Assembly (NCBI GenBank): GCA_029717555.1
Contig: JAMDHS010000062.1
Location: 1-64,000, forward strand
Direction of reading: 5' to 3'
DNA length: 64,000 nucleotides
Origin: Peribolospora baueri
Lineage: Eukaryota
A program made the position numbers and the translations under genes. Of the stretch, positions 25,923-39,714 are shown in pieces. The notes beneath the pieces were generated by a model that saw only the letters and a list, made by a program, of their open reading frames with translations, was not told where the DNA came from and ran no database searches. Every line of letters begins with the position of its first letter. Position 1 is the first letter of the stretch.

Positions 25923-26623
25923 CCCCCCTGCCCACGCCGCCCGTTCCTGAACACTCAGACCTCAGATACCCCTCCTCATCTTTTTCCCTTTTCTTTCACC
26001 GACATCATTACCTTCATTTCTTCTCCATTTCTCCCTTTCCTTCCCTTCTTCCGTCGCGTTTCCCCACTCTGCTGTATTCCTCGTCCCGTTCTCCCACCCG
26101 CTTCTTTCCTTCCATTTCGCTTCTTTGCGATGTGCCGGCGCTAACTGAACGCCCGCTTTCCCCTGTATGACGCCTCTCCTTCCTGTACCATAGACCGCTC
26201 CATCGACCATCATCTCACACCTCTTGAGAAACTACATAGCAAATATAAGCAGTAAGGCAGCCACGGTAGCAACGCCGCACTGGCGGATTGATTCCAGCGA
26301 CCGGCGGAAGGGCGGTTGTGCTGTTCTGATGGCGTTGCGATTGACGAGGCCGGATCGAGACGCCACCCAAGACAGTGTGTCTATCATCCCAGACCTGTGG
26401 AAAGCCGAGGGAAAGAAGGCGATCGGCACCGCATGCACGGGCTCGTCGGAGGACGAGACGGGAAGGCCTGTCTGCTTTCCCGCCGCTATAATACAGAGCG
26501 GACAGACTCTAAGGAGGCTCGGTCCGAGCCGAGTCCGATTCGATTCGAATCAAGACCTGGCGCACAAACGAGCGCTTGGAAGGAGGAAGGATTGCGAAAA
26601 CTTTGTCCCTCGGGTCGCGCTCA

Positions 26624-27570
26624 TCATCGACGGATCCACCAGACGAAGAAGAAGATCCACAGACACAGCAGGAGGAACATCATGAGCCTGCACCACTGGC
26701 CTCCTTGTCGAGACGCCATCCGGTTCATATTGCGGAAGGTCGTGCCCAGTCGGGTGGCCGTTGAGGCAAAGGCGTCGTTCTGTAATCGTGTGGCCCGGAA
26801 AGGTGGGGTAAAGGTCGGCGGGAAGATGGTATGGTCAGAGGCGGACCTGTGGTCACAAAGACAGATGCGGCGGAGGAGAGGGAATGGCGAGCTCACCATA
26901 GTGCCCATATCCAGGGTCGATTCTCGCACTTCGTTCCCGATGCCCACGGTGATCTGAAGACATGCGTGTGCGAACGGGACGAAAAAGACGAGGAAAGCAG
27001 GGAGTGAGTGAGTCAGCACGGGCGACAGGAAGAAGCCACCAATGACCAAAGCCGTACGCCACGCGTTTCTTCCAATCCTCGGACGAACGCGTCCAAAAGA
27101 CCAAAGCGTATGACATACTCCCATAGTCATCCACTCACATCCTTCAACATCTTGACCTTGGCGCTCAGCCCGTCTAGCCTCTCGTCATTCTGACTCTCCA
27201 AGTCCTCCGCAGACCGCTGCTGACCGTACGCCCCCGCCCCATACCCCTGCGCCGGCGCCGCTCCGGCTTGTCCGTACCCGTATCCGCCATAGGTAGTGCT
27301 GCTCGCGGCCCCGTAGCGGCCGCCGTACGGTCCGTTGCCAGCATACGGATCAGACGCGTATGGACTGGGAGAAGCGACGCGAGAACGACGTGCGGAAGTT
27401 GAGGAGGGTCCGGCGGCGGAAGAATCTAGGGCGGGCGAGTAAGACCGGGAGGAGGGGAGCGAGGAAGAGGAAGAGGCATTTGTGCTGGCCAAGAGAGCTG
27501 CGCGTGCGTCGCGATGTGAGAGGCCCGAAGTGGTGAACCTTTGCGATGTCGGTGTGGGGTGGATGGGCAT
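26624..27570 (-). CDS. BET1: Qc-SNARE, BET1-like, 3 exons
   Basis: AEDLESQNDERLDGLSAKVKMLKD|ITVGIGNEVRES..|NDAFAST..LGTTFRNMNRMASRQG followed by a C-terminal transmembrane segment. Confidence 0.88.
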
Positions 27571-27638
27571 GAGCGACGAGGTCCGCTCCGCTTGACGTCG
27601 ACTGCGAGTGAGCGAGAGTGCTTACCTGCTCATGTCAC

Positions 27639-27698
27639 GTTGCGGTTGTGGTTGTGGTTGTGGTTGCGGTTGTGGCTGTGGCTGTGGCTGTGGCTGTT
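27639..27698. repeat. (GTTGTG/GCTGTG)n microsatellite in the BET1-LSC1 divergent region
   Basis: Directly visible. Confidence 0.85.
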
Positions 27699-27993
27699 GC
27701 TACGCTCCCTACAAGAGATGGGTCGAGGCAGGCGAGGCGGACGGGATAGGAAGGAGAGAGCTTGCTCACCATCAGCGACAACGCCAGCGCTCGAAGGTCG
27801 AGTGGTCGTGCGGAGGGGAGAGCGTACCACGGGGCCGCCCGCCTTGGCTGCGCGCTCTTACGTCCGCTCTTCTCCGTCCCCTCGCCCACCGGAGTGCTCC
27901 GTTCGGGACGAAGGTCGAGCTCCGGCCGGCGATCGCCCCCAGTCCGTTCTTCCTCCATCACTAGAACTCCCCTCCATCTTACCCCTGACACTC

Positions 27994-29770
<1,777 letters not shown>

Positions 29771-30081
29771 GGAAGGGAAGGGAAAGCGGGATAGATTGTG
29801 ATGGGGAGGAATGAGCGTGTAGAGCGTGTTGAATGATCGTTGTCCATCTGGATCCGTATCTCTCTCTGTGTCTCTCTCTCCCACTCTCTCTTTCTCCGTC
29901 GTCTCCTTCTTCCGAACCGGCGTCTTGCCCGTCGGCCTGGAAGGTTCCTACTGGGCATGTTCCCCGACCCCCCTCGACCATTTCTCGCCTAATATGGCAT
30001 TGCCTGTCACGTCTCGAACCGAACGCCCGAAGATCGGCGGAGGCACAATAGAATTTCAGCTCTCTGGCTCCGATCTGTTTA

Positions 30082-32326
30082 CTATCGACGGCTCTCGACT
30101 CCTTCTTCACCCTCGTCATCCGAGTCCCAGAGATCGTGATTTCGCTGTACTCGTTTGTCCAGCTGACGCTCTGCAGAACCGAGCGAGCGGGACCAAGACG
30201 CGGGAGAAGACAATGAACACAACATGGTACCGGAGATGGACGAGCCCGCCATCGGCCTGTACTCACGGGTATTGCGCTCGTTCGGGTCGTCCATTTCTTC
30301 GTCAGAATCGTCCTCATCCATGGCCGTCTTGGGTATTGCTGGAAGGACCGGAGCCGGGGTGACACGAGGGAGAACGTAAGCGGACGACTCGGCCGTCTTC
30401 CTTCCGGTTCCCGCAACGTTTCAGCACGTTACGATGTCACGGATACTCACGAACTCCCTGAACGCTCGGAGCGAAGCCGGTGTTCCTCAAGTTCTCGAAT
30501 ACCTGTTCCTTGATCTTGTCGAGATACTCGCGCGTGTTGAGGTTCTCCATGTTGTTCGGTCGGACGTCGAGCTTGTAGTCCGGACCAAAGTACTCGTAGT
30601 ACTCATTCACGGGGATGTCTGCCGAAAGACGCAACATCAGCGACACTGACAAAAGAGAGACAGAAGGGATAAGGAGATGGGGAGCTGCTCTAATTGCAGA
30701 CTTACTCGCGCCCAACTCTTGTCCCGCCGCTAGGCCCGTCTCATACGCCCACGCCCTTGACACGTTGCGCATCGTGTAACCGCCACCGCCGAGGAGCAGA
30801 AGAGGGAGGCCGAACGACTTGACAAATCGGACGCAATTGGCGTGACCTGACAAGGCGAGCATACCACCGAGCTCGTGAGCATGGACTTGTCGGCGAAAGG
30901 GTTATCACAGCAGCCCCAACTCACCTCGCATCGACAAATTGAAGGAGCCAATCTTGTCGCCCGCCAGCGAATCGGACCCGCACTGCAATACGACCGCGGT
31001 AGGTCGGTAGTACTCCATGACCTTGGTGATGACGGGTTCGAAAACAGTTTTGTATGTCTCGTCGGTGATGCCGTCGCGCATTGGGAAGTTGCACGCGTAA
31101 TACTTTCCTTTGCCGTATCCGATGTCCTGATGTGGAGGGAGAAGAAGACAAGTTCAAGGGGATTTGCTACCAGAGCGTTGCTGCCGGGAAACGGGATTTA
31201 AAGCTGCGCTCACCCTTAGCTCGCCAGTACCAGGGAAGAACTCGCCGTACTTGTGAAAGGAGCAGGTCATCACTCGATCAGTAGTGAAGAAGGCCTCTTC
31301 TACGCCGTCACCATGGTGCACGTCGATATCGATGTAAAGGACTCGAGGATGGTACCTGCACGAGAAAGAAGACCTCGAGCTCGACTTGACACCGAGGACC
31401 TATCACTTCGCGCAAATACACTACTCACCGCAAAAGCTCCAAGATACCCAAGACGATATCTGGCGTGAGGAGGGAAAGGGAAGGAGTGAGTGACACGCGT
31501 CCAACACAACAACAAAAAAGAATATTCACCGTTGATGTAACAAAACCCGCTCGCCTCGCCTTTCTTGGCGTGATGCAGACCACCAGCCCAGTTCACTGCG
31601 ATGTCGCACTTGTCTCGTGAGAGTCGCGCGGCCCCCTCTGCGCCGATGACATGGATGCGGTCAGCAGAGACTCGTCAACGCTTTATGGGTGTGTAAACGA
31701 AACCAGGAGGCTCACCCATTGACCCTCCGGCGGATATTGAGCAGTACTCGAAAAGTCCGTCAAAAACGGGACAGTCGTCACCCACATTGACTACAGCGCG
31801 AAGGGATAAGGTGTGGTAGAGATCCGCATCTCCTTGTCAAGTCAAGTCGAGACAAGAACCAACACGGTATAGGAGGAACAGCCCGCGGACGCGACGCGTC
31901 CTCAAAGCACCGGCCGCTCACATTTCGCCTGTTCCTTCACGAAATTGTCCACGTTGTCCGGCGTGACGCGATTAAGAAACTCGACGTACTCGTCCGTGTG
32001 GAATTGCGACATTTCCCGTTTCGTGGCCGGCTTGGCGCGCTGTTGGGAGTAAGAGCGAGCGATGAGAAGGGCCGGCGACGCGCGAGTTGGGTGAAATCCA
32101 GGCAGCCGCCGGGTCACGGAGCTAGCTGGAATGGGCGACTCACGAATATCTCCATCTTCTTATACAATCCGTAATTCATGACGAGCGAGTGGCACATGCG
32201 GATGCGTGTCGGCTTCATGGGGTGACCGGGCGCGTAGTGATAATTTCCGATGTCCGAGTCGAAGAAGTAGCACACGCGACTCTTCTGCTCGCCGGCAAGC
32301 GGCGTCATGAGCGAGGTGGTGTCCAT
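30082..32326 (-). CDS. RPD3: Class I histone deacetylase (RPD3/Clr6 type), multi-exon
   Basis: [95 protein letters not shown], acidic tail. Whether it is the RPD3 or a Clr6 paralog is unresolved. Confidence 0.93.
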
Positions 32327-32807
32327 GGAGGGAGGGTGGCGCTGCCAAGAGCGGTGACGAATCTACGTCGCTGCTTCCAGAGGACCACTTCCTTCCACTG
32401 TGCGGTTGGTTGGCCGACCGGCTGGCTGGTTGGGCGATTCGCCACTAGCTAAGGACGGAGCCGCCGGAGATGGGGCCAGTCAAGAGATGAGGCTGGCGCG
32501 GTGATCGACGAGCGAGGTGGTGAGCGACGAGGTGAGCGATCCGAACGGATTTCAGGCTTCTAACCAGGGCCTTTGTTTCGCTCTACGAGCTCACCTTTGT
32601 GTGATCTTTAACACAATCCACCTTCTCGACGTCGTTTCGTCCGACACCGTCCAAGTCGTCGCTCGTATCGCTTCCGACATGCACGCTCCACGATCGCCGC
32701 AGTCGGGTGCAATCGCCGCAGCAGGAGCCCGATGGCAGGCTGATCGGGCGACTTGGGTTGCCCTCGATTGCGCCAGACGCTCCCACCGTTGTCCTTTCTT
32801 GTCCATC

Positions 32808-33856
32808 ATGGCACAACCGGCAACACAAACAGAGAGGCAGCTCATTGCAGTCATAGCTGACGAGGTCAGTGCACACCTCCTGGGCGATTCGCTTGCGGAG
32901 GCACCAAGGTTGAACTGAACATGTCGTTCGGCGTCATCCCCGCGTCCTCGGGCGGGATTGTGCTGTCGTCTTGACAGGACACGATCACCGGTCTCCTCCT
33001 CGCCGGAGTCGGGCAGGTGGACGACAATGGTGACAAGAACTTTCTTGTTGTTGATTCCAGTGAGTAAAAGCGACCAGGGCGCATCGCTGGACTGCATACC
33101 TTTGGGGGAGGGGGGGCGCAAGTCGCGTTGGACGCTCCACTGTACTGCAGTGCGCCCGACCTTGCCAAACGGGACTGTTGCCTCGCTCCTGTCTCGGCAG
33201 CACTCTCTCGAATCTAAGCAGCATTCGCAGACTCTTGTCTCCCATCAGCATCATCTCACTCACTTCTTCCCCTTGTCACGTGTGCTCTGCTCCCTCCCGC
33301 AGAGACGGAGGTGTCGAAGATCGAGGCCGCGTTTGAGAAATACACGCAGGAGCGAAAGGACATTGCCATCCTGTTGATTAACCAGCACGTGAGCAACATG
33401 GCATGGGCGCTTTGCACCATCGACAGTTTGCGTGCTGCACGGCTGTCTAAGGCATGGAGATGGATGATGAAGGAAGCGTCTGCGTCTGACGAGACTCTGA
33501 CTTGCCTTATTTCACCTTTTCGCATGAATTTTTAGATCGCCGACAAGATCAGGCCCATCGTTGATCGTTACAATCAGGCATTCCCTGCACTGCTCGAGAT
33601 CCCCGCTAAGGACCACCCGTATGGTACGTCGTCGATGCTTGAGCGTACGAGTCTGTGTGCGCCCGCTCTAGTGTCGTGTGCGCTCACGTACGATTCCTCC
33701 TTCGTACCGTTTTCCATGTTTGCTCGCACGCCTTGTCATGTCACACGCTGTTGTCGTCCCACCCGTATTCTCACCTTGTCAACGACCATCAATGGCCTTC
33801 TAGATCCGTCAAAGGACAGCGTCCTCAAGCGGGTAAAGAAGCTGTTCGGAGAATGA
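32808..33856 (+). CDS. VMA7: V-ATPase V1 subunit F, multi-exon
   Basis: RQLIAVIADE|DTITGLLLAGVG..NFLVVDS|..ERKDIAILLINQH|IADKIRP..FPALLEIPAKDHPY|DPSKDSVLKRVKKLFGE stop. Confidence 0.96.
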
Positions 33857-34597
33857 GCGAGCCATCGCCCGTCTTTCGGGGCGTTCTAGAGCTGTCCACC
33901 TTTTCGTGCTGTCTATACCAGAATTTCCATTACTGTTTGTATTGAAGTGGTGCCCAGCAGCGCCGGCGCCATCGAATAGCTTTTGGCAGCCGCTTTGACG
34001 AAGCTACGGAACGACGTAAAGGCACGGCAGTCTCTCTCTGATGGCGACGGAGTTGCTTTTGCCCTTGTTTTTAGCCGCGCTAAGATCCACTCCCGCGACC
34101 CCTCTTGCTCTTGGGCCATCGGCATCTTGCTTGTCGCGTGACACAACCTCATCGCCCAGCGCCTTCGTGCGCGGTCAGCAGAGGGCGAGGGAAAAGGAGA
34201 AGCGGTAGATGGGGTGGGCGCGAGGACGGCGAAGAGGCGTCGATGAAATGGGGGAGGGCAAGCACGGCGACGACGACGACGACGACGACGTTCGCAATGA
34301 CCGATGGTTTCAATTTGACGAAGCGGTACTCGTTCTGGGAGAAGAGAGCCGGACAGTAGTTTAGGCGCGCGCTCGCCGACCCCTTGTCCCGCTCGGGTGA
34401 CGGCCCAATACCATGAACGTCTTTGGCTCTGAACTTTTTGAGTCGAAAAACTCGGAAGACGAGGCGAGAGACCTCCGGGAGAAAAGTCATGCCAGGCGAA
34501 GAGAAGAGGGTCTATGAATGGTCCGTTCAAGCCCCTTCTCGTCGTACTTGGAGAAGGAGGATAGTAAACTAGGATCGATTACACTACATAACGCCTT

Positions 34598-35124
34598 TCA
34601 AAATTCGATTGTGCTTTCCCTAAAATTAAAGTTCAACGGCCGAAGGCCCCCCGGCCGGGGACCAACAGGGGCAGGAGCAGGAGCAGGAATATGGGGAGGG
34701 AGGCCTCCTGTTTGAGGGTTGGGGTGCATCTGCTTGCACTTCTCCTCACACTTTGTGTCGCCTGGGCTGCAGGCTGCGATGCATCTGTTGTAGTCCGAGA
34801 ATTGGGAGGCCGGAAGATTACGCACGTCGAACGAGTACGACTCCTGATAACGACATGGTACCAAGCCAGAGGTATATGTCACGAGGAAAACAACGGGCAA
34901 CGCCGTGCGAGGAGGAAAGGGGAGGCTAGTCAGTCACTCACGGTGGGAGCACGCGCGACCGGGAAGTCCCTGATTTCCGGCATGAGTGCACGGTAAAGCA
35001 GGTTTCCGGCTTCCGTTGGGAGAGCACGGACGGCAGACTGGGAGTCCCTGGTGTCCACCGGAAGAGCAGAGGCCACGCTCGTGGCGGCGGCGGCGGCGAG
35101 AATAAGTGCCTTGACGAACTGCAT
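34598..35124 (-). CDS. Small secreted protein (~142 aa), candidate effector/peptide precursor; exons 35124-34942 and 34843-34598
   Basis: Signal peptide MQFVKALILAAAAATSVASA|LP. A phase-0 GTGAGT...TCAG intron joins RAPT to ESYSFDVR in frame. It carries a CIAAC-SPGDTK-CEEKC motif and a Pro-rich tail. Confidence 0.78.
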
Positions 35125-35854
35125 GTTGTAGACCTTTGTAGGAGAGTGAGGGAAGGTGGGTGTGGGAGGGGGGTTGATTGAAAAAAGTGTGACCGGCACA
35201 GAGGCAAAAGGTAAGTGGGAGAGAATGTAAAGAGAGCGACCAGCGCGAGTGGCAGAGCGAGGAGGGACGAGGAGAAGATGATGAGGAGGGAGGGGAAGGG
35301 GGACCTGCACTCGCGCCGCCTTTTATCCTAGACGGTCGGATATCCATCCTAGCGTACATCCGAGATCGACCTTCTCGTCCCCAACATCGAATCGCCTTGA
35401 AGCGATTGGGGGATGACTAGGTTGGCCATGGGCGCCGTCAGCTGCTCTCCCAAAACACGAAGTGTTCAGAGAGGAATGGAGAGATGGATGCAGCCCTCGG
35501 CAGCGCGGCCTGGCAGCTTGATCACACGACATGGACACACAACCTTGCACCGACTTTCGCTCTACGCAATCGATCGATCCTTCTTCCGCTCCGCATCTGA
35601 CCTGGGCGCGATGCGGCATGAAACGGCGCCAGTCCGCCGAAACACCGCGGCGCCATCTAGAACGCAGGAGCAACGAACGCAGCGGTCCGCGGGCGGAGGC
35701 GGATATGGCGGATATAGGTGGAGCGGTGTCGCAGGTTAGGGTTGCGATCACCGCCGCAGCCGCCGGGACCCGCGCCGCTCACGTTGGAGGGGGCAGACGA
35801 CCGACATTGGCGCTTCATTTCGTTGACGAGGCCAGAGAAAGAAGAGTCGGACGC

Positions 35855-36757
35855 ATGGGCAAGTCGCACCCGGCGTCTCGGTCTTCTTCGAAAACCAAGT
35901 CCACCAGCGCAGCTCCCAGCCCGAGGCGAGGCAGTGTCCCCGCTAGCCAGCACGCGGAGCTCGACGCTGATCGCCTCGTCGCGGCGCTCCTTCTGGTACT
36001 GCCTCGTCATGTCGCAGAGGACCTGACGAGCGACGAGCTGGAGGAGGCGGCGGTCTTCATCGTTCGACAGGCGCAGGAAGTTGGGATTGTCCTACCTACG
36101 GCCTCGCGGGACCCTGGAAGAGAAGGGGAGGGGGAGGAGTCGAGCTATGACGACCCATCCGACCCCTCCCATCTCTCCCTCGCCGAGCTAGAGAGCCACC
36201 CGCTTGCGTCGGTCCTTATTCCCGCTCTCGAGCAACTGCTGGGCTTGGACAACGAGCAAGGCTCCGGCCTGATCATTGTTGGCGATGTGCTTGAGGCGTA
36301 TTGGAGGAGGACGAGCGAGGTGGAAGAGGCGAAGGACGAGGAGGTGAGGGAGAAGGGGGTTTGTGAGATCTGCGAAAGGCGGATGCCCATCACTGCCCAT
36401 CGTGAGTCCCGTTCCTGGTGTGTTAGATTGGGCCGTGAGGGAAAGGGACATCGCGCTCAGGGGTTCACTTGCCATGGAATTTCCATCGCAGACCTTATCC
36501 CACGCGACCTCCACGCGCTCCTCGAAAAGCGCGGCACCTTTACCTTGACGGAGATGCGCACGAGGATCGCCTACCTCTGCCGACAGTGCCACAACGCGGT
36601 ACACCGACGTTTCACGAACGAGCAGCTGGCGGTCGAGTACAACTCGGTGGACAGGATCCTGGAGGACGAGGACATGTTGAAATGGGGGATGTGGGCGAGC
36701 AAGCAGAAGGAGACGGATCCGAGAGGGCAGAAATGGGGACTCAAGCACCGCCGTTAA
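35855..36757 (+). CDS. HNH-like zinc-binding protein (YisB-like); intron 36402-36491
   Basis: CEICERRMPITAH|HLIPR...LCRQCHNAVHRRFTNEQLA..YNSVDRIL..W..WASKQ. The start ATG at 35855 is inferred. Confidence 0.82.
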   Translation: MGKSHPASRSSSKTKSTSAAPSPRRGSVPASQHAELDADRLVAALLLVLPRHVAEDLTSDELEEAAVFIVRQAQEVGIVLPTASRDPGREGEGEESSYDDPSDPSHLSLAELESHPLASVLIPALEQLLGLDNEQGSGLIIVGDVLEAYWRRTSEVEEAKDEEVREKGVCEICERRMPITAHRESRSWCVRLGREGKGHRAQGFTCHGISIADLIPRDLHALLEKRGTFTLTEMRTRIAYLCRQCHNAVHRRFTNEQLAVEYNSVDRILEDEDMLKWGMWASKQKETDPRGQKWGLKHRR

Positions 36758-37164
36758 CGTGGCGGGTGGGGGAGAGGGGGGGGCGTGATGAACGTCTCCC
36801 CTGCCCATAGACCTCCGATAATGTGAGGCGCTCCTCCCGAAATCGCGACTAGGAGCAGGACGACTGGAATAGAGATGGGGACGCGGTCATCGCCGATGAG
36901 CCAGCCCTCCGACGCGAACCCGCGCCTCCTTCGCCCGAGAAGAGCGGGTGCGCTTGGGCGAGGCTCCTCACACTGAGCGTAACGCCAGGAGCTGAGCTGG
37001 AGCTATGCATTCAAGGTGCTATCGGGGCGCGGTGACGAAGCTTTCGACGATGACCAACCAGCTCGCGGTGGCGATGGTTGACAGTCGAGTCTCTCAAGCC
37101 GCTCATCCCGGCTCCGTGTCAACCGCGCCTATTAATAAGGCATCAAAGAAGCCTGCCCATCCTC

Positions 37165-39310
37165 TGTCGTGGGAATCGGTGGGAATTGGGAGCCAGGCTG
37201 CTCACTTAACCTCATTCGTAAGCTTAAGACATCAAACGCTCTGTAGAGTTCCCACGGGCGGAATTCTTTGATCGCGAGACGGCACGAGAGCCGCAGCGTA
37301 GTTGTAGCGGGTAACACGCTGAAGACGATGGTAGAACTGGATCCGAGCGGGGCGAGCGGGGCGAGAAGGGCTATATCATATACACTGGAGGTAACCCTAC
37401 CCTGGTCCGTGTGAACATGCAATCGGCGACTGCGAGGGCGGTTGGCGGTAGCTCTGCCTATCTCTCGCTCTCCTGGGTGTTCCAGGAATAACTTGGTAAA
37501 CCTCCCTCGCCTTTTTGCTTCAGTTCGTCGACCGGTGCGCTTATGTATCCACATGAGCCACATGTCGCCCTCCTCGCAACCTCGTCCTCTATCCCCTCCT
37601 GTATTATCCAATCAATATCTGTCGCTTTGTCTGGATGGCTCCTCTTCCTTGTCGACGTATACACCCGCGACGTCACTGCGGAGCGATGCGTTCGGCATGT
37701 GCCTCGCTCCGGATCGAGAGCGCATGAGATTTCGGACCAAACCAATCGACCCTGCCCTTTTCATGGCGTTGCGAGGTTAGAACAAAGGAGCTATGACGTT
37801 GCGAGATTAGAACATAGGAGCTACGGTGCTGCACCGGTTCATGAACGTGTATATAAAGAGAGCCCGACAGGGCGTCCGCATCTTTCCTCCCCTCCGCGAG
37901 CGCGGTTGAGACGTCGTTGGCCTGGCTTCTGGGGGTAAGTCGTGTGAAAGTCAACCACAAGGCTGTCGTCGTTGTCAAAGTCACGCGCATCCACCCAGGA
38001 GTGCTCCTCAGGACCGTATCCGACCCAGTCTACAAGGTATTTCAGCTTGCGGCGGAATAACGCGAATCGAGTATCTTGGCAACCTCATACTCTTCTTGCC
38101 CCGCCTCGGTGATGACGGGAGGTAGGACAGAGTGTTTGGGACGAACGGCTCCAGAAGCGAGACATGGAAGACGGGATGTACCTTCATGGAAGCAGGAAGG
38201 TTGAGCTTAAAAGCCGAACTTGAGATCTTCCTGTCAATGGTGAAGGGGCCCAGGCGCTTGGCATCCAGCTTGCTGCTGGATCTTGCCGTCGAGATATGGC
38301 GCCGCATGAGCCACACCTTGTCCCCAGGCTCGAAAGGAGGTGCTTCAGACCTGAGCCGGTTCGCATACTTGGCGTGCCTGGCGAGAGCCGTTCGGATACT
38401 GTCCGCTGCCTGCCGATGCGTCTCCTGGAGCCGTCTCGCCCAGTCATCGGCTTGGGGCACTGTCGAGTCGCTAAGGGTCACCTCTAGTCTCGGGTGATAT
38501 CCATAATTCGCGAAGAAGGGAGTCATGCCGATGGTCGAATGGTGAGCGTTGTTGTGGGCGAATTCGGCGATCGGCAAGAGGTCTGACCAGTCGTCTTGGA
38601 GATAGTTAGTGTACATCCGTAGGTATTGTTCGATGGTCTGGTTGGTCCTCTCCGTCTGGCCGTCCGTCTGGGGGTGAAAGGCCGTAGAGAGGTTTGGCTG
38701 GATCATGAGCTGCCTAAGGACTTCCTTCCACCAACGAGAGTTGAACTGCGTCCCTCTGTCCGAGACAATGCCGCTTGGAAGCCCATGAAGACGGAAGACG
38801 TTCTGGACGTAATGGGTCGCCAATCGGGGAGAATTATCAGTGGTTCGAGCCGGAATGAAGTGACTCATCTTGGTGAGGCGGTCCACAACGACAAGGATGG
38901 CATCAAATCCCTTGGAAAGAGGCAGGTCTGCGATGTAGTCCATCGAGAGGGAGAGCCATGGACGTTCAGGGACTGGGAGCGACTGGAGAAGCCCATACTT
39001 CGCGTGGTGGACGGGCTTGTGGCGCTGGCAAGCGTCGCAGGAGCGGACGTAGTCGTTGACAAAGGTCCTCATCAATGGCCAGCAGTAATTCCTCGAGAGG
39101 ATCTCCAACGTCTTGGCTTGACCGAAATGCCCGGAGATGCGGGAGTCGTGGGCCTGCCTGCTCGAGAAGCTTGGTCTTCAAAGGCTCGAAGTCTGGGACG
39201 TAGATGAGGCCGTCATGGAGCAGGAGGTCGTCCTGGAGGGAGTACGGCGGACCGGGGGGTGTTGGTCCTTTGCAGCTGCTGCAGAACGTCCTGGACGGCC
39301 GGGTCATGCT
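37165..39310 (-). mobile_element. 5'-truncated Ty3/gypsy chromovirus: integrase, frameshifted chromodomain, PPT and probable 3' LTR
   Basis: HHCC (HDSRISGHFG...CDAC), DDE core (LSMDYI, IVSDRG, PQTDGQTERTNQ), GPF motif (KRLGPF..HPVFHVSLLEP), then a chromodomain across frameshifts ([27 protein letters not shown]). Purine tract GAGGGGAGGAAAGA (37894-37881) is followed by TG. The LTR end (~37165) is a guess. Confidence 0.9.
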
Positions 39311-39714
39311 TCAGGTGACGCTTGATCATCTCCGCAACCCTCATGTGTTCCTGCGAGCCGCCAGGCTGCCTGGGGCTCAAGTCGGTCTCCTTCCAACCCA
39401 TCCAGAATCGGAACACCTAGCCCAGACCTCAAGCACGCTATCCCAGCAAGGGACCTTCGAGTCCAGCCTTCCTGATGCCCCCGAATTGCCCTTCTAGCCA
39501 GAGCTCCCGGCAACTACGACCGAGTTCCATGTCTGCCGCCGGCACCCAATTCATTATGTGACTGCGGCCGAGAGGAGCCACAGTCGCGAGCACGCGCGGC
39601 GTTAGGCGGCGGAGTGATCGAGCCCCCGCTCCATGGGACAACCGCCCGCGCTCGCGGCGGATGCTCAGCCGCCGTCCTTGTTTCCTTGGCCGCGTCAACT
39701 ACCTGCTAGCAAGC

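Noticed and set aside
33463..33500. ATGATGA...CTGA in a VMA7 intron as a possible C/D snoRNA
   Set aside because: The boxes are too close together, CTGAC is the expected branch-point motif, and no guide sequence is recognised.
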